Assembly: GCA_963663475.2 (NCBI GenBank)
Contig: CAXXJV010000001.1
Coordinates: 1,792,001 to 1,856,000 of the forward strand
Direction: 5' to 3'
DNA from: Candidatus Cloacimonadales bacterium
GTDB lineage: Bacteria > Cloacimonadota > Cloacimonadia > Cloacimonadales > JAFGVF01
DNA: 64,000 nucleotides
The notes under the pieces are model-generated. The model made no database searches, was not told where the DNA came from, and was given only the letters and a program-made list of their open reading frames with translations. Of this stretch, positions 1-11,000 are shown in pieces (positions within the stretch are counted from its first letter, which is position 1; every line of letters starts with the position of its first letter). The position numbers and the translations under genes are program-made.

Positions 1-492
1 CAACTTATTCCTCAATCTATTAATCCTGTTGAACCTACAGTTTATCAAATTGGGAAAGCACAAGCAGGAGTAGTCAGAAACTCCATAGCTGATTATTGCC
101 TCTTTCAAGGAACTCATCGAACCTTGACTGTTGAAAATCGAGATAAAATAAATCAGATTATGGAGAATGTAGCTCTAAATACTGCCAAAGCCCATGATCT
201 AGATGTTCAAGTTAAGCTACTAGGAACCTTTGATCCTGTGATTAATGATAATGACTTATATAATAAATTCTACCAGGTAATTAAAGATACTGATTACACT
301 TTTGAAGAATGCAATTATACCATGACTGGCGAAGATTTCGGATACTTTACAAGTTATTATAAAGGGCTACTTTTTTGGTTAGGGTCTGGTGATATGGAAA
401 ATAATCTCCATTCTGATAAATTTTTGCCTAAAAATCAAGCAATTGAGGTAGGAGTAAATGTTATGTGGGAATTGCTAAACTCTAAGTATTAG
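1..492 (+). CDS. M20 family amidohydrolase, C-terminal part (5' end outside window)
   Basis: Frame is open from base 1; motifs MTGEDFGYF and LHSDKFLP are typical of M20D amidohydrolases. Confidence 0.8.
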   Translation, partial: QLIPQSINPVEPTVYQIGKAQAGVVRNSIADYCLFQGTHRTLTVENRDKINQIMENVALNTAKAHDLDVQVKLLGTFDPVINDNDLYNKFYQVIKDTDYTFEECNYTMTGEDFGYFTSYYKGLLFWLGSGDMENNLHSDKFLPKNQAIEVGVNVMWELLNSKY

Positions 493-508
493 GATAATAT
501 TCGTAAGG

Positions 509-556
509 GAGATAGAGAGATAGAGAGATGGAGAGATAGAGAGATAGAGAGACACA
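509..556 (+). repeat. 8-bp tandem repeat (GAGATAGA)x6, imperfect
   Basis: gagataga gagataga gagatgga gagataga gagataga gagacaca. Confidence 0.9.
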
Positions 557-566
557 GATTGATTCT

Positions 567-662
567 TTACACGAATTAACACGAATTAGAACGAATTTCA
601 CGAATAAGAAAAGCTCTTTAACACAGAGTTCATAGAGGTAAAGAGGAGTTTCACAGAGTTTT
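567..662 (+). repeat. Composite repeat: ACACGAATT-like units followed by TTAACACAGAG...GAGGAGTTTCACAGAG (copy 1)
   Basis: Same module order recurs at 6991-7125; the second half recurs at 7581-7619. Confidence 0.85.
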
Positions 663-702
663 TTTTGCATAAATCTACCTTGCTAAAAGCCTGCCCGTCT
701 TT

Positions 703-835
703 GGGTCGCGGGATTCTAGCCCGCGGTTATGCAGATTACAAGTGGTTACGGGAATGGGTCGCGGGATTGTCTCTTAATTCCCCTTTCAGCTCGTAAGAGC
801 GGTATGAGAGGGGTGCCGTAAGGCGGGGAGAGTCT
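703..835. repeat. GC-rich REP-like hairpin cluster
   Basis: gggtcgcgggattctagccccgcg with a partial second copy near 756; ttcccct...gaggggtgccgtaaggcgggga. Confidence 0.6.
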
Positions 836-1014
836 TAATGTGTCATATCCAGTGAAAAGACTTTGTTACCAATATACAATCATTATAAAATGTCAGGAAA
901 ACCTAAAGAAGTGCAATATTATCTATTTCTTTAAGAATAAACTATTGAAGAAGGTGTCTTGATGATTGATGTAGAGTCTCCAATGTTAGATCAAATTCAC
1001 TTTGAAAATATTTC

Positions 1015-1043
1015 TTGACTAATAAGAGGCAAAAAATTAAATT
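1015..1043 (+). promoter_or_regulatory. Putative sigma70 promoter for the defence operon
   Basis: TTGACT-17 nt-TAAATT upstream of the ATG at 1100. Confidence 0.45.
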
Positions 1044-1099
1044 TTAAATTACAGTAAATATGTTACTGATTCTTAAGGTAAATATTCAAAGGTTAGCTA

Positions 1100-4000
1100 A
1101 TGGTTAAAACATTTAATAATAAAACAGAAAAGGTTGGTGATGATTTAAAGCTATTGATAACAAAGGATAGTGAAGTTGAAATAGCTGCTCATATATTTTC
1201 AATTTATGGTTATGAATACCTGAAGAAAGAGTTAGCCAGACTTGCAAAATTCAAGTTTATTTTTACAGATCCCACCTTTATAGAAGTTGATAGTAGCAAG
1301 AAAGAGCTTAAGCAATTTCTCATTAGCAAGACTTTAAGGCAGAAATCAGTTAGTGGCTCAGATTTTGAAATAAATCTCAAGAACAAGCTTCACGGGCGTT
1401 CCATAGCCCGTGAATGTCGTAAATGGATAGAAGAAAAAGTAAGCTTTAAAACAAACAAGGGTAATAATTTTATTCAGACTCAAGCCATTGTTAGAAATGC
1501 TGATAAGGCTTCTGTTTATTTAGGCATTAATGAATTCTCTTCAACTGGTTTAGGTTATGAAAAAGACAATGCAATTTTAAATCAAGTCATTAGGATTGAT
1601 GATGAATTTACTTGCAAACAGTATCTACAAAACTTTCAAGAAGTGTGGAATAATGATGATTTATTAGAGGATGTTACAAGTCAAGTTACCTCTTATATTA
1701 CTAATTTATACAAGGAAAACTCACCTGAATTTATTTATTATTTAACACTTTACAACATCTTTGATGAATTTTTAGAAGATATCTCGGAAGATGAACTTGC
1801 TAATGAAAAGACTGGTTTTAAGAATTCGGTAGTATGGAACACTCTTTATGACTTCCAGAAGGATGCAGTCTTAGGCATTATCAACAAGCTTGAAAAGCAC
1901 AATGGTTGTATTCTTGCTGATTCTGTGGGCTTAGGTAAGACTTTTACAGCCTTAGGAGTTATGAAGTATTATCAAGAAAGAAACAGAACTATTTTAGTAT
2001 TATGCCCTAAGAAACTGGGTGATAACTGGCGAACTTTCTTAAATAATTATGAAGATAATCCCCTCTTAAAAGATAGATTTAATTATGATGTCTTATACCA
2101 TACTGACTTGCTGAGAGAAAGTGGAGAGTCTGGAGGGATTGATCTTTCCAGAATAAACTGGTCCACCTATGATTTAGTAGTAATTGATGAATCTCATAAT
2201 TTCCGTAATAACTCTCCTCGCAAAGATAGGATGACCAGATATCAAAAGCTCTTGCAGGATGTTGTAAAAGCAGGGGTTAAGACAAAGATTCTAATGCTTT
2301 CAGCTACTCCGGTAAATAACAGGTTTACCGATTTAAAGAACCAACTTGCCTTAGCTTTCGAAGGTCAAACAAATATTATAAATTCATCTTTAGAATTAGA
2401 TAAATCAATAGAAACAATACTGAAAAATGCCCAAACTATTTTTAACGAATGGTATAAACTACCACTTGCAGAGAGAAGTAGCAAAAAGTTATTAAAAGAA
2501 TTAAATAACAATTTTGATTTTTTCAAATTATTAGATAGTGTTACTATAGCCAGATCACGAAAGCATATTGAAAAATATTATAATATGCAGGAAATTGGAA
2601 AGTTTCCTAATCGTTTAAAACCTATAACTATTAGAGCTAATATCACCAATTTACCTGATTTCATGGAAATAAATGAATTATACAGTGAGTTATCTAAGTT
2701 AAATATGTCTATCTATTCTCCTATGCTCTACATCCTTCCTGCAAAACATGAATTTTATAGCGAACTCTATGATACCAGATTGAATAAAAATGTTAAATTT
2801 ACTCAATCACAACGTGAGGAAAGTTTGCAAAATCTAATGAGGGTAAATCTTCTTAAAAGACTTGAATCTTCTGTTGATTCTTTTAGGAAAACCCTGCAAA
2901 AGTTTATTGAGGGGATAGAAAATACTCTTGATAAAATAAATGATTTTGAGCAAGGAGGAGGAGAAAGTTATACTGAACACAAGTTAGTTGAAGATTATGA
3001 TTTAGACCAAGATATGGATGACTGGTTAGATAATGATTTTTCTATTGGTGGCAAGGTGAAAATCAATATAGCAGATATGAACACTTCAGGCTGGAAAGAT
3101 GACTTAGAATGGGACCTGTATATTGCTAAGTCCCTCCTAACAGAAATGAATAGAGTTACCCCAGATAATGATGCTAAGTTAACAGAATTAAAGTCTCTCA
3201 TAAGACAAAAACTTGCTAAACCAATAAACCCCAATAATAAAAAAGTGCTAATATTCTCTGCTTTTGCTGATACAGTAGATTACCTTTATGACAACTTAGC
3301 CCCCTATTTGAAAAGAGAGCATAAGTTAGAATCTGCCAAGATAACTGGTTCAGATGCCAATAAATCTACCTTGAAAATTAAAAATTCTTTTAACAACTTA
3401 CTTATCAACTTTTCCCCTCTTTCTAAAGGAAGAAGAGACAATTCTCAGGCTGAGCTAGATATTCTTTTTGCTACTGATTGTATTTCAGAAGGACAGAACT
3501 TACAAGATTGTGATACTTTGATAAATTACGACATTCATTGGAATCCAGTCAGGATTATTCAACGCTTTGGCAGAATAGATAGGATTGGTTCTATCAATAA
3601 AGATATCCAGTTAATCAACTTCTGGCCTCAACTCTCCTTGGATGATTATATAAATCTAAAGAATAGGGTAGAGCAGAAGATGTACATGGTAGATGCAACA
3701 GCTACTGGGGAAGATAATGTTTTAACTAATGAATCATCAGATTTGCTCTTTAGGAAAAAACAGCTGGAACGCTTACAAAGTGAGGTTGTGGATATCGAAG
3801 AAATGGATACAGGTGTTTCTCTTACTGATTTAGGGCTTAATGATTTCAGAATGGACTTAGTATCTTATATAAAAGAAAATGGAAGCTTAGAAAATGTGCC
3901 TAATGGCTTGCATTCTGTCTGCTTGAAAGATATGGAAAAGACTATTGTCCCTGGAGTTATTTATGTCTTAAAAAACATAAATCCAGACGTGAATATAGAT

Positions 4001-4348
4001 AAAAGCAACCAACTCCACCCCTTCTATCTAATCTATTTAGCTAAAGATGGGCAGGTTATTTCTAATCACTTGAGTGTTAAAAATACCTTAGATATTTTGA
4101 GATTACTTTGTAAGGGCACATCACAAGCAATACCTCAAGCCTTTGACTTATTTAATGAAGAAACAGATGATGGTAAAAATATGGAGACCTACTCAGACTT
4201 GTTAAATCAGGCTATTGAGTCAATCTTGGATGTCAAAGACCAATCTGCAATTGATTCTCTCTTTACTCCTGGAGGAACTTCAGCTTTAACCAACCAAATA
4301 AAAGGCTTGGAAGATTTTGAACTCTTAAGCTTCATCGTAATTAACTAA
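1100..4348 (+). CDS. SNF2-like SF2 helicase with N-terminal degenerate PLD-like domain (type III RM-associated)
   Basis: ADSVGLGKT, DESHN, LSATP, SEGQNLQ, QRFGRIDR; N-terminal GINEFSSTGLG resembles the PLD GSxN(F/L)TxxG motif but no HxK precedes it. Confidence 0.85.
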   Translation: MVKTFNNKTEKVGDDLKLLITKDSEVEIAAHIFSIYGYEYLKKELARLAKFKFIFTDPTFIEVDSSKKELKQFLISKTLRQKSVSGSDFEINLKNKLHGRSIARECRKWIEEKVSFKTNKGNNFIQTQAIVRNADKASVYLGINEFSSTGLGYEKDNAILNQVIRIDDEFTCKQYLQNFQEVWNNDDLLEDVTSQVTSYITNLYKENSPEFIYYLTLYNIFDEFLEDISEDELANEKTGFKNSVVWNTLYDFQKDAVLGIINKLEKHNGCILADSVGLGKTFTALGVMKYYQERNRTILVLCPKKLGDNWRTFLNNYEDNPLLKDRFNYDVLYHTDLLRESGESGGIDLSRINWSTYDLVVIDESHNFRNNSPRKDRMTRYQKLLQDVVKAGVKTKILMLSATPVNNRFTDLKNQLALAFEGQTNIINSSLELDKSIETILKNAQTIFNEWYKLPLAERSSKKLLKELNNNFDFFKLLDSVTIARSRKHIEKYYNMQEIGKFPNRLKPITIRANITNLPDFMEINELYSELSKLNMSIYSPMLYILPAKHEFYSELYDTRLNKNVKFTQSQREESLQNLMRVNLLKRLESSVDSFRKTLQKFIEGIENTLDKINDFEQGGGESYTEHKLVEDYDLDQDMDDWLDNDFSIGGKVKINIADMNTSGWKDDLEWDLYIAKSLLTEMNRVTPDNDAKLTELKSLIRQKLAKPINPNNKKVLIFSAFADTVDYLYDNLAPYLKREHKLESAKITGSDANKSTLKIKNSFNNLLINFSPLSKGRRDNSQAELDILFATDCISEGQNLQDCDTLINYDIHWNPVRIIQRFGRIDRIGSINKDIQLINFWPQLSLDDYINLKNRVEQKMYMVDATATGEDNVLTNESSDLLFRKKQLERLQSEVVDIEEMDTGVSLTDLGLNDFRMDLVSYIKENGSLENVPNGLHSVCLKDMEKTIVPGVIYVLKNINPDVNIDKSNQLHPFYLIYLAKDGQVISNHLSVKNTLDILRLLCKGTSQAIPQAFDLFNEETDDGKNMETYSDLLNQAIESILDVKDQSAIDSLFTPGGTSALTNQIKGLEDFELLSFIVIN

Positions 4349-4350
4349 AT

Positions 4351-4980
4351 ATGAACATCAAGCTTAATCTACCTAATTCAGCCTATTTTAACAAGTTTAT
4401 CCCTAAGAGTAAATTCTATGAAAAAGCTGGAATAAATTCTAAACTGCAAGCTGAATTTGTCGATAAGATACAGAGAATTACTTGGAAATATAAATTAGCT
4501 GAATCTACTATTAATATTGCTAAAAGTCCCAAAGTCCAAGAGATTCAGATTTTTGAGCTTCAACTTAAAGACAAGTACCAACCAATCAGAATTCTCACAG
4601 CCATAGATAAGGCAATTCCCTACCCAATTCTCTATATCCTAAGTTATAAAGAGTCCCATGCTTTTGCCATAGCCTACGATGATGAATACATCAAAAATAG
4701 ATACTATTTCTCAGACTGGGATCAAGAAATTAACTTTGATTTTACCGGACTTGACTTAGAGAAAGTCTATCAAAAATTAGTAAGAGCCTTATTAGCTAAT
4801 GATAAACCACATATTGAAGTAAAGCAAGCTATTAATTATGATTATCAAATAAGTATTTTAGAAAATAGAATAGATAAGTTGACACAAAAGCTGAAAAGAA
4901 CTAAACAGTTTAATAAGCAAATTGAAATAAACAAAGAACTTATTATAGAAAAAGATAAACTGACCAAGCTGAAAGGATAA
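4351..4980 (+). CDS. DUF4391 domain protein
   Basis: IPKSKFYE, YKLAESTINI, EIQIF, IDKAIPY and C-terminal KQFNKQIEIN; usual position between helicase and Mod. Confidence 0.8.
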   Translation: MNIKLNLPNSAYFNKFIPKSKFYEKAGINSKLQAEFVDKIQRITWKYKLAESTINIAKSPKVQEIQIFELQLKDKYQPIRILTAIDKAIPYPILYILSYKESHAFAIAYDDEYIKNRYYFSDWDQEINFDFTGLDLEKVYQKLVRALLANDKPHIEVKQAINYDYQISILENRIDKLTQKLKRTKQFNKQIEINKELIIEKDKLTKLKG

Positions 4981-4983
4981 ATT

Positions 4984-6963
4984 ATGGAAAAACTTAAAAT
5001 GCAAAGCCCTGATAAAATAGATAAAAGTATAGAGGAAATTGCTAAGCTCTTTCCTCATGTCATTACTGAAAGTAAAGACCAAGAAGGTAATATCACTAAG
5101 GCAATTGACTTTAATCTCCTAAAACAAAGCCTATCCTCTGTCTTAGTAGAAGATGATGCTGAACGCTATAGACTTGACTGGCCTGGGAAAAAAGCTTCCC
5201 TGCTCAAAGCTAATAGCCCAATAAATAAAACCCTCAGACCCTGCCGAGAAGAGAGTGTAAATTTTGACACAACAGAAAATCTCTATTTAGAAGGAGATAA
5301 CTTCCAAGTTCTGAAAATTCTCCAAGAAAGCTACCTCAACAAGGTTAAGATGATCTATATCGACCCTCCTTATAATACAGGTAAGGACTTTGTCTATACA
5401 GATAATTTTAGAGTAGCTAAAGAAGATTATGAAGAAGAAATTGGGCTTTATGATGAAGAAGGAGGTAAACTCTTTCGTAATACTGATACTAATGGCAGGT
5501 TTCACTCAGACTGGTTGTCTATGATGTATGAAAGACTTATTGTTGCTCGAGATTTACTCAAAGATGATGGGGTTATCTTTATTTCTATTGATGATAATGA
5601 AGTCCATAATTTGAGAAAGATTTGTGATGAGGTTTTTGGGGAAGAGAATTTTGTGGCTATACTACCAACAATCATGAATCTTAAAGGAAATAATGACCAA
5701 TATGCTTTTGCTGGTACTCATGAGCATACAATGGTATATACCAAAAAATATTCTGAAAGTAAATTCTATGAATATTATATACCTAAAGAAGAACTAGGAG
5801 ATTGGAAAAAAGATGAATATGGTATTTATAAAAAAGGAGCAAATCTAAAAGCTACTGGTATTAATGCACCAAGATCAAAAAGACCTAATCTTTTTTTCCC
5901 ACTCTATATAAGTGAAAAAAATGAAATATCTTTAAAAGCAAAGACAGGTTATCAAGAAATTTACCCTCTAACTGAAGGACAAGAAATGTCATGGAGATGG
6001 TCAAAAGAAAAATTTGAGAATGAACTTTATAATGTTATAGTATCGAAATCAAACGGAGAATTTTCAATTTATAAAAAACAAAGAAATCAAAATAACCTTA
6101 AACCAACAAAAAAACCAAAATCTATTTTTATTAAACCTGAATATAGTAGCGGAAATGGAACTCAGTTATTGAAAAATATGTTTGAAGGGAAAATATTTGA
6201 TTTTCCTAAGCCTCTTTTATTGATATACGACTTTTTAACTATAGGTTCTAGAAATGAAGACATCATCCTCGATTTCTTCTCTGGTTCAGCAACCACAGCC
6301 CACGCCGTAATGCAATTAAATGCAGAAGATGGAGGCAAGCGTAAATTCATAATGGTTCAACTGCCGGAAAAGACAGATGAAAAATCTGAAGCTTATAAAG
6401 CCGGCTATGAAACTATTTCTGATATTGGCAAAGAGCGTATTCGCAGAGCAGGCAAGCAGATTATGGATGAGCTAAGAGCTGAACGAGACAAGTTAGATGA
6501 GAAGATGTTTGCAGAGGATAAGTTAAAGGAAATTCAGGGTAAGCTGGATAATTTGGATATAGGTTTTAGGGTTTATAAAACAGATTCTTCTAATATGAAA
6601 GATGTCTATTATCATCCAAATGACTATGAGCAGATGACGGTTGAGGATTTAATCTCTAATACTAAGGAGGACAGGAGTCCAGAAGACTTATTAACCCAGG
6701 TAATCTTAGATTTAGGTTTAGAGTTAAATTTGCCAATAGAAAAGCAGAGAATAAAGAAAAACGATGTTTTCTTTGTTCTGCATAACTCTTTGGTTGCTTG
6801 TTTTGATGATGAGCTTGACTTTGATATAGTCGATGAAATAGCAAAGGTAAAGCCTTTAAGAGTAGTTTTTAAAGATGCAAGTTTTAGAGATGATAAAGAT
6901 AGGATAAATTTAGAGTCTCGCTTTAAGAGATTATCACCTGATACTCTTATTAAGGTCTTGTAA
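4984..6963 (+). CDS. mod: Type III restriction-modification methyltransferase (Mod)
   Basis: IYIDPPYNTG, FHSDWLSMM, DFFSGSATTAHAV (beta-class adenine MTase). Confidence 0.95.
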   Translation: MEKLKMQSPDKIDKSIEEIAKLFPHVITESKDQEGNITKAIDFNLLKQSLSSVLVEDDAERYRLDWPGKKASLLKANSPINKTLRPCREESVNFDTTENLYLEGDNFQVLKILQESYLNKVKMIYIDPPYNTGKDFVYTDNFRVAKEDYEEEIGLYDEEGGKLFRNTDTNGRFHSDWLSMMYERLIVARDLLKDDGVIFISIDDNEVHNLRKICDEVFGEENFVAILPTIMNLKGNNDQYAFAGTHEHTMVYTKKYSESKFYEYYIPKEELGDWKKDEYGIYKKGANLKATGINAPRSKRPNLFFPLYISEKNEISLKAKTGYQEIYPLTEGQEMSWRWSKEKFENELYNVIVSKSNGEFSIYKKQRNQNNLKPTKKPKSIFIKPEYSSGNGTQLLKNMFEGKIFDFPKPLLLIYDFLTIGSRNEDIILDFFSGSATTAHAVMQLNAEDGGKRKFIMVQLPEKTDEKSEAYKAGYETISDIGKERIRRAGKQIMDELRAERDKLDEKMFAEDKLKEIQGKLDNLDIGFRVYKTDSSNMKDVYYHPNDYEQMTVEDLISNTKEDRSPEDLLTQVILDLGLELNLPIEKQRIKKNDVFFVLHNSLVACFDDELDFDIVDEIAKVKPLRVVFKDASFRDDKDRINLESRFKRLSPDTLIKVL

Positions 6964-6990
6964 GATGATCTATCATAAGAAGAAAAGACT

Positions 6991-7125
6991 TTCACACGAA
7001 TTATCACGAATTATAAAGAAATTTACACGAATTAAGAAAGAAAAATCCTTAACACAGGTGTCTTCGCTAAAGCTACGCCAACCCAGGGAGTTCCACAGAG
7101 GTTTAAGAGGAGTTTCACAGAGTTT
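6991..7125 (+). repeat. Composite repeat copy 2 with an approximately 30-nt insertion
   Basis: Matches 567-662; gtgtcttcgctaaagctacgccaacccag is inserted after ttaacacag. Confidence 0.8.
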
Positions 7126-7264
7126 TAAGAAATGAATGATGACCTCTTCTGTCGGACGGTGGAGATTCTCTCCGCCTTATTTATGAATAGAAAAAGGAAT
7201 TTCGAACACATGTATTCGAAATTGAACTGGTCGCAATATGGATTGTTAGCAAAGGTGTTTTAAA

Positions 7265-7570
7265 ATGATTAATAAGTTAGTTGCAGAAATTAAAGGTGTT
7301 ATCAACTCATCGAGAAATGAGGCAATTAGATCAGTTAATTTTGCCAGAGTCTTGATGTATCATAATATTGGTAGGATAATTGTTACTGAGTTGCAGGATA
7401 ATAATGAGAGAGCTGATTACGGTTCTTCACTGTTAAAAAACATCTCGGACTCTATAACTCCTGAATTTGGCAGTGGTTTCTCAGTCCGAATATTAGAACT
7501 GACAAGGCGTTTTTATACAACATTCCCAAATTCGAACGCACTGCATTCGAATTTGAGTTGGACTCAAAAA
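7265..7570 (+). pseudogene. Truncated DUF1016 (YhcG-like) N-terminal domain; the ORF reads on into repeat DNA to 7816
   Basis: RSVNFARVLMYHNIGRII...RADYG...FGSGFSVR...LSWTQ, then homology ends and the PD-(D/E)xK half is missing. Confidence 0.8.
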
Positions 7571-7580
7571 GAGAATACCC

Positions 7581-7931
7581 TTAACACAGAGTTCCACAGA
7601 GGTTTAAGAGGAGTTTCACCTAGCTTGAATGCCAGCAGGGATGCTGGCGTTCCCAGTGAAGGTAGGGGCGAAATATTTTTCGCCCTCTTGAAAACACCAC
7701 CCCGTCCTGGGAATACCAGGACACCCCTCCGCGGGAGGGGAATTAAACACCCCGTCAGTGAAATACACTGCCACCCCTCTTTTTATCGTGCTTTCAGCAC
7801 TAAAGAGGGGAGTTAAGAACTCTTAAATCCCGAAGGGATGATATATGATAGCCCGGGGTGAAATCCTGAAGGGATTGTAACCCCGGGAATAGGATACCAA
7901 CCCAAAAACTAAACCCTGTAAGGGTGAAATA
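7581..7931. repeat. Mosaic of at least 6 GC-rich REP-like hairpin modules
   Basis: gccagcagggatgctggc; gtaggggcgaaatatttttcgccct; two accccgtc..cacccct..ggggarTT modules; atcccgaagggat..cccgggg..ccccggg..accctgtaagggtga. Confidence 0.75.
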
Positions 7932-8012
7932 GGAAAAAAATGGTCATATTATTTATAACTGGATATATAGGTGAAAATATGATAAACGAATTAGAAGAAA
8001 AACGAGCAAATT

Positions 8013-11000
8013 ATGAAATTAAAATTTAAGCAAACTCACTACCAAGCTGAAGCTACTCAAGCAGTAGTAAGATGTTTTCAAGGTCAGGAGAAAGGTTTTA
8101 GGAAAGAGACAGTGGATAGGAGTGATCTTTTTGCCAGAGAAATCTTCTCTAATAAGAAGATAGAACTAAGTGATGAAGATATACTCAAGAATGTTCAAGA
8201 ATTACAAAAAGAACAGGGCTTGAGGGTAAATCCTACTTTACAGGGTCGTGAGTTCTCTATTGAAATGGAAACAGGGACAGGTAAGACTTATGTCTATATT
8301 AAGACTATGTATGAACTTAATAAGAAATATGGCTGGAGTAAATTCATCGTTATGGTGCCTTCTATTGCTATTCGGGAAGGTGTCTATAAGTCTTTTCAGA
8401 TAACTGAAGACCATTTCCAAGAAATCTATGGTAAGAGAATAAGATACAATATCTATAATACCCAAAATAAATCTAATTTGACTAATATTAAATCTTTTGC
8501 TGAAACTAGTAACATAGAAGTGATGATTATGAATTATCAAGCTTTTGCAACTACGAGTAAAGAGTCGCGGAAAATTTATCAGAAACTTGATTCCTTGCAG
8601 TCAGAGAAACCCATAGATATAATTAAAAGAGCTCGTCCTATAATTATCATAGATGAACCACAACGCTTTGGAGATAAGGCAGATAAGATATTCAAAGAAA
8701 GAGTTTTTAATCAACTCTTTATTCTAAGATATTCTGCTACTCATAAAGCAGATAAAGAGTTTAGTAAGATTTATAGATTAGATGCTATTGATGCTTTTAA
8801 CCAGAAGTTAGTTAAGAAAATCAATGTTAAAGGTATTGAAGTCTTAGAAAATAAGGGAACAAACTCTTATCTCTTCTTAGATAGAATACAGGTTAGCAAA
8901 ACTACAAATCCCTTTGCTTGGTTGGAGATTGAAGTAAAACAAGCTTCACGAATTACTAAGAAAATAGTTAAAGTGGAGGAGAGAGACAGACTGCTTGATA
9001 AGTCTAATAATCTCACCCAGTATGATGGTTATGTAGTGAAAGAGATTAACGCCCTGAAGAATAGCCTAAGCTTTCTAAATGGTATAGAAATCTTTGTTGG
9101 TCAGACTTTAGGAGATGTTTCTGAAGAACATCTTCGCAGGATTCAGATTAGAGAAACTATCAAATCACATCTGGAAAAAGAAAAAACACTCTACCCAAAG
9201 GGGATAAAAGTCCTTTCCCTCTTCTTCATAGATGAAGTAAGTAAATATCGTCACTATGAAGGTTCAGATGAATTAAAGGGTGAATATGCTAAAATCTTTG
9301 AAGAAGAATATCTGCAAGCTATTACCGAGATAGATGCTTTTGCTCCTGAATATAATAAATATTTGGATAGGTTAAGAGCTGATCAAGTTCATAATGGTTA
9401 CTTCTCCATAGATAAAAAAGGCAAACTAATTAACTCTAAAGAGAAGAGAGGTCAAGAAGGCTCAGATGATGTTTCTGCTTATGATTTGATTATGAAAGAT
9501 AAAGAAAGACTGCTGAGTCTGCACGAGCCTACTCGTTTTATTTTCTCTCATTCAGCCTTAAGAGAGGGCTGGGATAATCCTAATATCTTTCAAATCTGTA
9601 CCCTAAAACATAGTCAATCTACTATCAGTAAAAGACAAGAGATAGGACGAGGACTTAGAATCTGTGTTAATTCTCAAGGTGAAAGAATGGATTCGTCAGT
9701 CTTAGAAAGTGATTTCTTTAATATCAATACCCTTACAGTTGTCGCCAGTGAATCCTATGATTCCTTTGCTAAAGAACTGCAAAATGAGATAGTCAAATCT
9801 CTTTCCGATAGACCTATCATGTTATCAACTTCAATACTATTAAATAGGATTATTACTAACGAGAAGGGAGAGAAATATGAATTTGATGAAAATACTGCCA
9901 TGGATTTCATTTTTAGCCTCAAAATGAATGGCTATCTTGATGATAAATACTTTATTACAGAAGATTTAATCAAAGATATTGAAGAGGATAAATTTCAAGT
10001 ACCAGAAAGCATTCAGCCTTTCAAATTTGAAGTAGGAAATATTCTCCAACAAATCTATCAAACTAAAAATTATTCTGCTACAGGAGATGAAAGGAAAAAT
10101 AATATCAAAGAAGCTATCTTGCAACCTAACGAAAACTTTGCCAAGCAAGAGTTTAAAGACTTATGGAATAAAATCAAGATTAAAACTGTCTATGAAGTAG
10201 ATTTTGATAGCCAAGAGTTGATTTCTAAATGTATCCAAAGAATTGATAATGAGCTGGATGTTAAACTTGTAATGATAAAGGTAACCCAAGGCTCACAAGC
10301 AGATAAAATAGATGCTGATGCCTTAAGAAGCGGAACTTCTCTTAATAAAGGGAAAAGCTATGTTAATAAAGCTGATTCTCTCTTAGGCTCCCTCAAATAT
10401 GATCTCTTAAATGAAATTCTTATGGAAACCAATCTCACTCGCAAAACTATTGCTAAGATTCTCAAAGGGATACGCCAAGATAAGTTCTATCAATTTAGAG
10501 TAAATCCTGAAGACTTTATCAAAAAAGTGAGTGACATCATTAATGAAGAGAAATCCACAACTCTCATTAATAACATTACTTATTCTAAAATTGACCAAGT
10601 TCATGAAGATAATATCTTCACTATCAATAATTTCCAAGGCTCTCTGGAAGATAATATCCTCAAAGTTAAAAAACATATCTATGATTATGTTAAAACAGAT
10701 TCTCAAACAGAAAGAAAGTTTGCTCAAGATTTAGAAACAGGTCAAGTTGCTATCTATGCCAAGCTTCCCAGAGGTTTCTATATTCCTACCCCCATAGGAA
10801 ATTATAACCCAGACTGGGCAATTGTCTTTGATACTGATAGCTTTAAATATATCTACTTCATCGCTGAAACTAAAGGTTCTATGAAAACATTGCAGCTCAA
10901 AGAAATAGAAAAACTAAAAATTAATTATGCTAAAAAGCATTTTGAAGCTCTTAATACTTCTAATGTTAAGTATGATGTGATTACTAATTATCAGGATTTG

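Noticed and set aside
482-670. 62-aa minus-strand ORF
   Set aside because: It is a translation of tandem-repeat DNA (SLSLYLSISLSL).
4984-6963. Phase-variable mod gene (phasevarion)
   Set aside because: No simple sequence repeat tract seen in the ORF, only short homopolymers; the GAGATAGA repeat at 509-556 is 4.4 kb upstream.
7571-7816. C-terminal extension of the 183-aa ORF as real protein
   Set aside because: Read-through into the hairpin mosaic after DUF1016 homology ends.
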